From Cyanophora paradoxa CCMP329 (Eukaryota > Plantae > Glaucophyta), in contig QPMI01000066.1 in NCBI GenBank assembly GCA_004431415.1, positions 186,001 to 250,000 on the forward strand: a DNA stretch of 64,000 nucleotides. Direction: 5' to 3'. Below are positions 60,127 to 64,000 of the stretch, piece by piece. The notes beneath the pieces are model-generated. The model was not told the DNA's origin and did not search any database. It saw only the letters and a program-made list of their open reading frames with translations. The position numbers and the translations under genes are program-made. Within the stretch, counting starts at the first letter, position 1, and each line of letters starts with the position of its first letter.

Positions 60127-60264
60127 TAGATCTGAGTCAGGAGCCTGCGCATGCAGAGATGATGCAGTCTCGGAGAGAGTCCATTAATCACTGGATGATC
60201 ATCGGCCCGGCGGATTGCAGTGCCGCAGTGCCATATGCATACTATAGCTAGTACGTACGGTATA

Positions 60265-61205
60265 CTGTAAACGTAGAAATTTTCGTCGAGACTTAATTTC
60301 GACAAAACCCGAAAATCGAGACGAAAATATGGTTCGACAGCGCTAGCATCAAATTTTCGTCAGGCCGACGTCTCGAGCTCCGCCATAAGACGGGTCAGCC
60401 GTTAGTACGTATACCCTTCTCCATACAAAATTTCAGTTCAAGAGTATCAAATATTCGTCAAAGTGCAGGTCTGACGAATATAGACGAAATAAAGACGCTG
60501 TCGAATTCGAAGATTCTTTTTTTTTGCAAAAGTGGACGTCGCATTGATACACCACGGCACATGTATCAATGTTCTACGTGACGTGCCCTTCCGACCGGTC
60601 ATCTATCTAGCCGAGGGTGCTAGCTAGGTGCCGGCCATGGGTCGCTCAATATGGGAGGTTCGCCTGAGTGGGGGAGCCATGGTTTTCGGTGATAGCCGTA
60701 ACCAGACCCACGCGCCCACCCCTTGATCAACTCCTCCATCCCTCATGAGTCCTGGAAGTGAAATGTCTCGCAGTCCGCCGCCCTCCCTTGCCGCCGCTCC
60801 GCCACGCCTCCTCCTCCCCACTCCGCCTCCTCCCTCCTCCTCACCTGCGCCCAGGACCCCGATTAATCGGTGTCCCGTTTTGTCGAGGTGAAGAAGGTGG
60901 TAGGAGGAAGATATGAGGAAGGAGAGGGAGTGGGCGGAGGCAGCAGCTTGGGGCGGGCAGCGGATGCGGGGCAAGGCAGGGAGAGGTGCCGGGACGGCAG
61001 AGTGGAGAGAGCGTGGGCACTGACAGGCGACGCAGAGAGCTGGGAGTGCGGAGACGAGGCGGGCCGCGAGGGGTCGGGAGGGGTCGACCGGGTTAGAGGG
61101 GGGGGCCGAGGCCAGGGGGGTGGCCGAAGCCATGGGGTTGGCCGAAGCCAGGGGGGTGGCCGAAACTGTCGAATTCGAAGATTCATACGTTACTACGGTT
61201 AACAG
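60265..61205. mobile_element. Putative TA-flanked non-autonomous DNA transposon (~940 bp)
   Basis: TA|CTGTAAACGTAG ... CTACGGTTAACAG|TA (imperfect IR). Internal CTGTCGAATTCGAAGATTC occurs twice and TGGCCGAA three times. Confidence 0.45.
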
Positions 61206-61417
61206 TACGTAGCTATAGCCTAGTAGGTTACTACCGGTAGTCTGGCCGCTGGCGGCTACCGCGGACCGCGGTAGGTCAGGCCGCCGGCCGGCGCCGGGCC
61301 GCCGGAGGCCCCGAATCCCCCCGATCCCCGGAATCGGGGCCCGAATCGGAGCCGCCGGCGGCGCCGGCGCCGCCGGCGGGCCGCCGGCCGGCGCCGCCGG
61401 CGGCCCTAGCCTAGCTA

Positions 61418-61660
61418 CTGTAAAACGAGAAATATTATTAGTGTCCGGCAGAACTTCAGGCTTAGCACCGCGGCGTCGAATATTTGAAACTGCCAGAATT
61501 GAGCAGATGTATGACAGAAGAGGGATCAATTTATATTAATTACCCGCCGCCCAGGCTACTGGCTGTGTTGCCGAAAATATGATGCCGACGAACCACAAAT
61601 TCGGCGCATTTTTCGGGTTTTGCCGAAATAAAGTGACGCCGGACATTTCTCGGTTTACAG
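61418..61660. mobile_element. MITE with CTGTAAA...TTTACAG termini
   Basis: TA|CTGTAAAACGAGAAAT vs ATTTCTCGGTTTACAG (15/16 IR). Confidence 0.7.
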
Positions 61661-61914
61661 AAATTACAGTTAAGTCCGGACTCCGGAGTCTAGCTATACC
61701 TGGGGCCGGATCTCGGATCCGGATCCGGATCCGAGACAGCGCTACCTGGCCTAGCTATAGGCCCGGATCCGGACTCCGGAGTCTCATGTCTTTTTTAAAT
61801 TTATTTTTTCGGGGTTCCCCGAGCTCATATGCATGAGTCATGAGTCATGACTCATGAGTCATGACTCATGATCAGCTGCAGGCTTGCAGCCTGCAGGGGT
61901 CCTATGCGCCTATA

Positions 61915-62337
61915 CTGTAGAACTAGTTAATTTACTAAGTTAGTACAGGAAAATAATGAGTACTTCGCCAAAACTGCCACGTTATAATTAGCAGCTGGTA
62001 AAACTTCAGTAGGTCAGCCTTCGCAGGGCTTTTGTATGGCGGAGACGGGGCTACCCCTACAAATTCTCGGCTTTAGCAGGCGGAAAATATTTAGTAGATC
62101 GATATTGCCTAAATATTTCTAGTTCTACAGTATTGCCCCGCTCATAGCGGTGTGGTCATCATACACGCTTTCCATTTCATGCCTTCCGTGTTCGAATCGC
62201 CCTGCGATGAGAATCCCGCTCGTTCCACATAATTCCGATCGATCATGCCCCACCTTGCCTGTATACGCCCCCACAGTGCTGGAGTAGACTAGAGGCTGTG
62301 GCCGGTAATTCACCCAAAAAAAATTCTAGTTCTACAG
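61915..62337. mobile_element. TA-flanked MITE CTGTAGAACTAG...CTAGTTCTACAG with two right ends
   Basis: Perfect 12-bp IR; right ends at 62119-62130 and 62326-62337, both followed by TA. Confidence 0.75.
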
Positions 62338-62707
62338 TAGCTAGGATTACAAGAGGAATTGGCCCCCGCCCCCCCCCCCCCCCCCCCCCCCCCCCGGCCC
62401 CCACCCCCTTGAAACCGTCTGCGGCAACCTAAGAAACCAATTTGCAAGCACTGCGGCAAAGTTCCGGGCAAACGCAAATGTAGTATACGTACTTACGAAT
62501 CAGAGAAAAAGCCAACAATAGAGAGAGCTGCAATCTAATTATAAGCTACGGATTCAAAATTGTTGGGCCACGCAGCTGTCGCAACGAGTCTCTGGGAGCA
62601 CGACCAGGGAACCCGATCTATAGCGTTGGGACCCTGCCGGGCGGGGGAACCTCTGGGATACATGTGCATGCAGCTGCGGGGCCCTAGGCCTACGCTATAA
62701 ATAGCCA

Positions 62708-64000
62708 CTACAGGGTCAGGTCCCCCAGGTCGTCAGCGAGGCTCTGGGCGACGACGCGGACGGGGCAGGGCGTGTGCGGGCATGGCGAGGAGGCGGCGGC
62801 CGCCGCCTCGAGGCCGCTGAAGGCCGCCGCCCGCTCCAGCGCCCGCTGCATCTCGTCCTCCAGGACGAGCCGCGCCGCCGCCGTCGAAGTCGACGCCATC
62901 GGCCGCGTACGCGCGCCGCCCTTCTCCGTCGTCGCCGCCGTCGCGCAGTGCTTGCTGAAGGTCGCCCCGTCGGCGTCGTCGCCGTCCGGGCCGCCCTCCG
63001 GCTCAGGGGTCCCCCGAACGAACAGAGGCACCGGAGCAGAAGCGGCGGGGGCGGCGGGGGCGGCGGGTGTGCGGGCCTCTCGGTTCGGGGCCGTCGGCTC
63101 GCGGCAGAGGACCGCGATGCCGGCCTGCGCCAGGCCGCGCATGGCCGCCGCCACGGCAACCCTGCGGCAACCGTCAGCGCGAGTGGCGGGGTACAGGGCG
63201 GAGGCGATGGGAGGGGTACCCGGAGGTGTCGAACAGCTCGATGACGGCAAGGGGCGCGGCGGGGCGGGCGCGGCCGCCGCTGCCGGAGGCGGGGGCGGCC
63301 CCGCCGGCGCCGGAGCCGGCGCACCGCCGCCGCCCGGCGCCTCGTCCGCGGAAGGCGGCCAGGACCCGCGGCGCTGGAGCCGGCGGGCCGAGGCGGCCGC
63401 CGAACGGTCTGCTCGGGCCGGGCGGGCCGCGAACACGCTGGAGGAGGGGGAAGAAGCCGGGCCGTGCCGGCGCCCCGGGGTGGTCGGCCCGGCCGGCATC
63501 TTGCCCTTGCACGCGGCGGGCGGCGGGGTCGTCGGGGCGGCCTTTGGGCCCCCCCCTCCGACGCCGGCGGCCAAGGCGAAGTCGCCGGTGCTGGCGCTCT
63601 TGCGGCTAGGGTCCAGGGCCGGCGAGTGGGGGAGGGCCGGGCGGGCCGGGGGTACCACCACGGACAGGAACGCGAAGCCGGTCGGCTTGACGGGGGCGGA
63701 CGCGGGGGGTACGCCGGCCGCGCGGCGGGCCGGGGAGGGGGGTATGGCGACGGGGGCGAGGAGGGGCGGGGCGGAGGTGAGGGTCGGGAGGGGGGCGACG
63801 GGGAGGAGGAAGGGGCCGAGTTGCCCGAAGGGGCGAGGCGGGGGAGTGGGGGACTTGGCGGGCGGGGGCGAGGGCGAGGGCCGCGCCGCGGCGGGGCGGG
63901 CGCCGCGCGCCACAGCGCCCAGCGCCGCGTGCCGGAGGCCGGCCACAGGCAGCGGCGGGGGCGACGGCCGCGGCGTGATGGTCTCTGACCCGTCCCCGTC
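62708..64000 (-). CDS. 3' exon of a Pro/Ala-rich hypothetical protein (continues beyond the window)
   Basis: The frame is open from the window edge to QSLADDLGDLTL*; no domain recognised. Confidence 0.55.
   Translation of the reverse strand, partial: DGDGSETITPRPSPPPLPVAGLRHAALGAVARGARPAAARPSPSPPPAKSPTPPPRPFGQLGPFLLPVAPLPTLTSAPPLLAPVAIPPSPARRAAGVPPASAPVKPTGFAFLSVVVPPARPALPHSPALDPSRKSASTGDFALAAGVGGGGPKAAPTTPPPAACKGKMPAGPTTPGRRHGPASSPSSSVFAARPARADRSAAASARRLQRRGSWPPSADEAPGGGGAPAPAPAGPPPPPAAAAAPAPPRPLPSSSCSTPPGTPPIASALYPATRADGCRRVAVAAAMRGLAQAGIAVLCREPTAPNREARTPAAPAAPAASAPVPLFVRGTPEPEGGPDGDDADGATFSKHCATAATTEKGGARTRPMASTSTAAARLVLEDEMQRALERAAAFSGLEAAAAASSPCPHTPCPVRVVAQSLADDLGDLTL

Noticed and set aside
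60624-61529. 301-aa minus-strand ORF
   Set aside because: It spans MITE ends and low-complexity stutter DNA, with no coding signature.
1-64000. tRNA, rRNA or snRNA genes and hammerhead ribozymes
   Set aside because: None were recognised by eye. tRNAscan-SE and Infernal/Rfam would be needed to exclude them.

Overview
Very GC-rich, intron-dense eukaryotic nuclear DNA. Introns are short (about 50-350 nt) with GT/GC...CAG ends and C-rich bodies. The style resembles the glaucophyte Cyanophora, but that assignment is inference. Most six-frame ORFs are GC artefacts or single exons, and all gene models here were spliced by eye. Recognisable genes: the 3' part of a TRP/FLC-like multi-pass membrane gene, PDX1, a CPA2/Kef-type antiporter with TrkA-N, an mTERF, a UBE3B/C (UPL6/7)-type HECT E3, an F-box gene, and a ~9 kb Pro/Ala-rich gene with Sfi1-like repeats. 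Two gene families are duplicated within the window: an EF-hand-like gene (7.6-9.1 kb and 39.6-41.0 kb, same orientation) and a ~6.5 kb SWIM zinc-finger gene (11.9-18.5 kb minus, 52.0-58.6 kb plus). Both SWIM copies share a homologous ~150 bp divergent spacer that faces a ubiquitin-ligase gene. The F-box protein appears to begin with a prokaryote-like ribbon-helix-helix motif. Intergenic blocks contain non-autonomous transposons: two hAT MITEs with 8-bp TSDs, several TA-flanked MITEs, and a DINE-1/Helentron-like element. These sit in palindromic micro-repeat 'stutter' DNA. GC-AG introns are unusually frequent.
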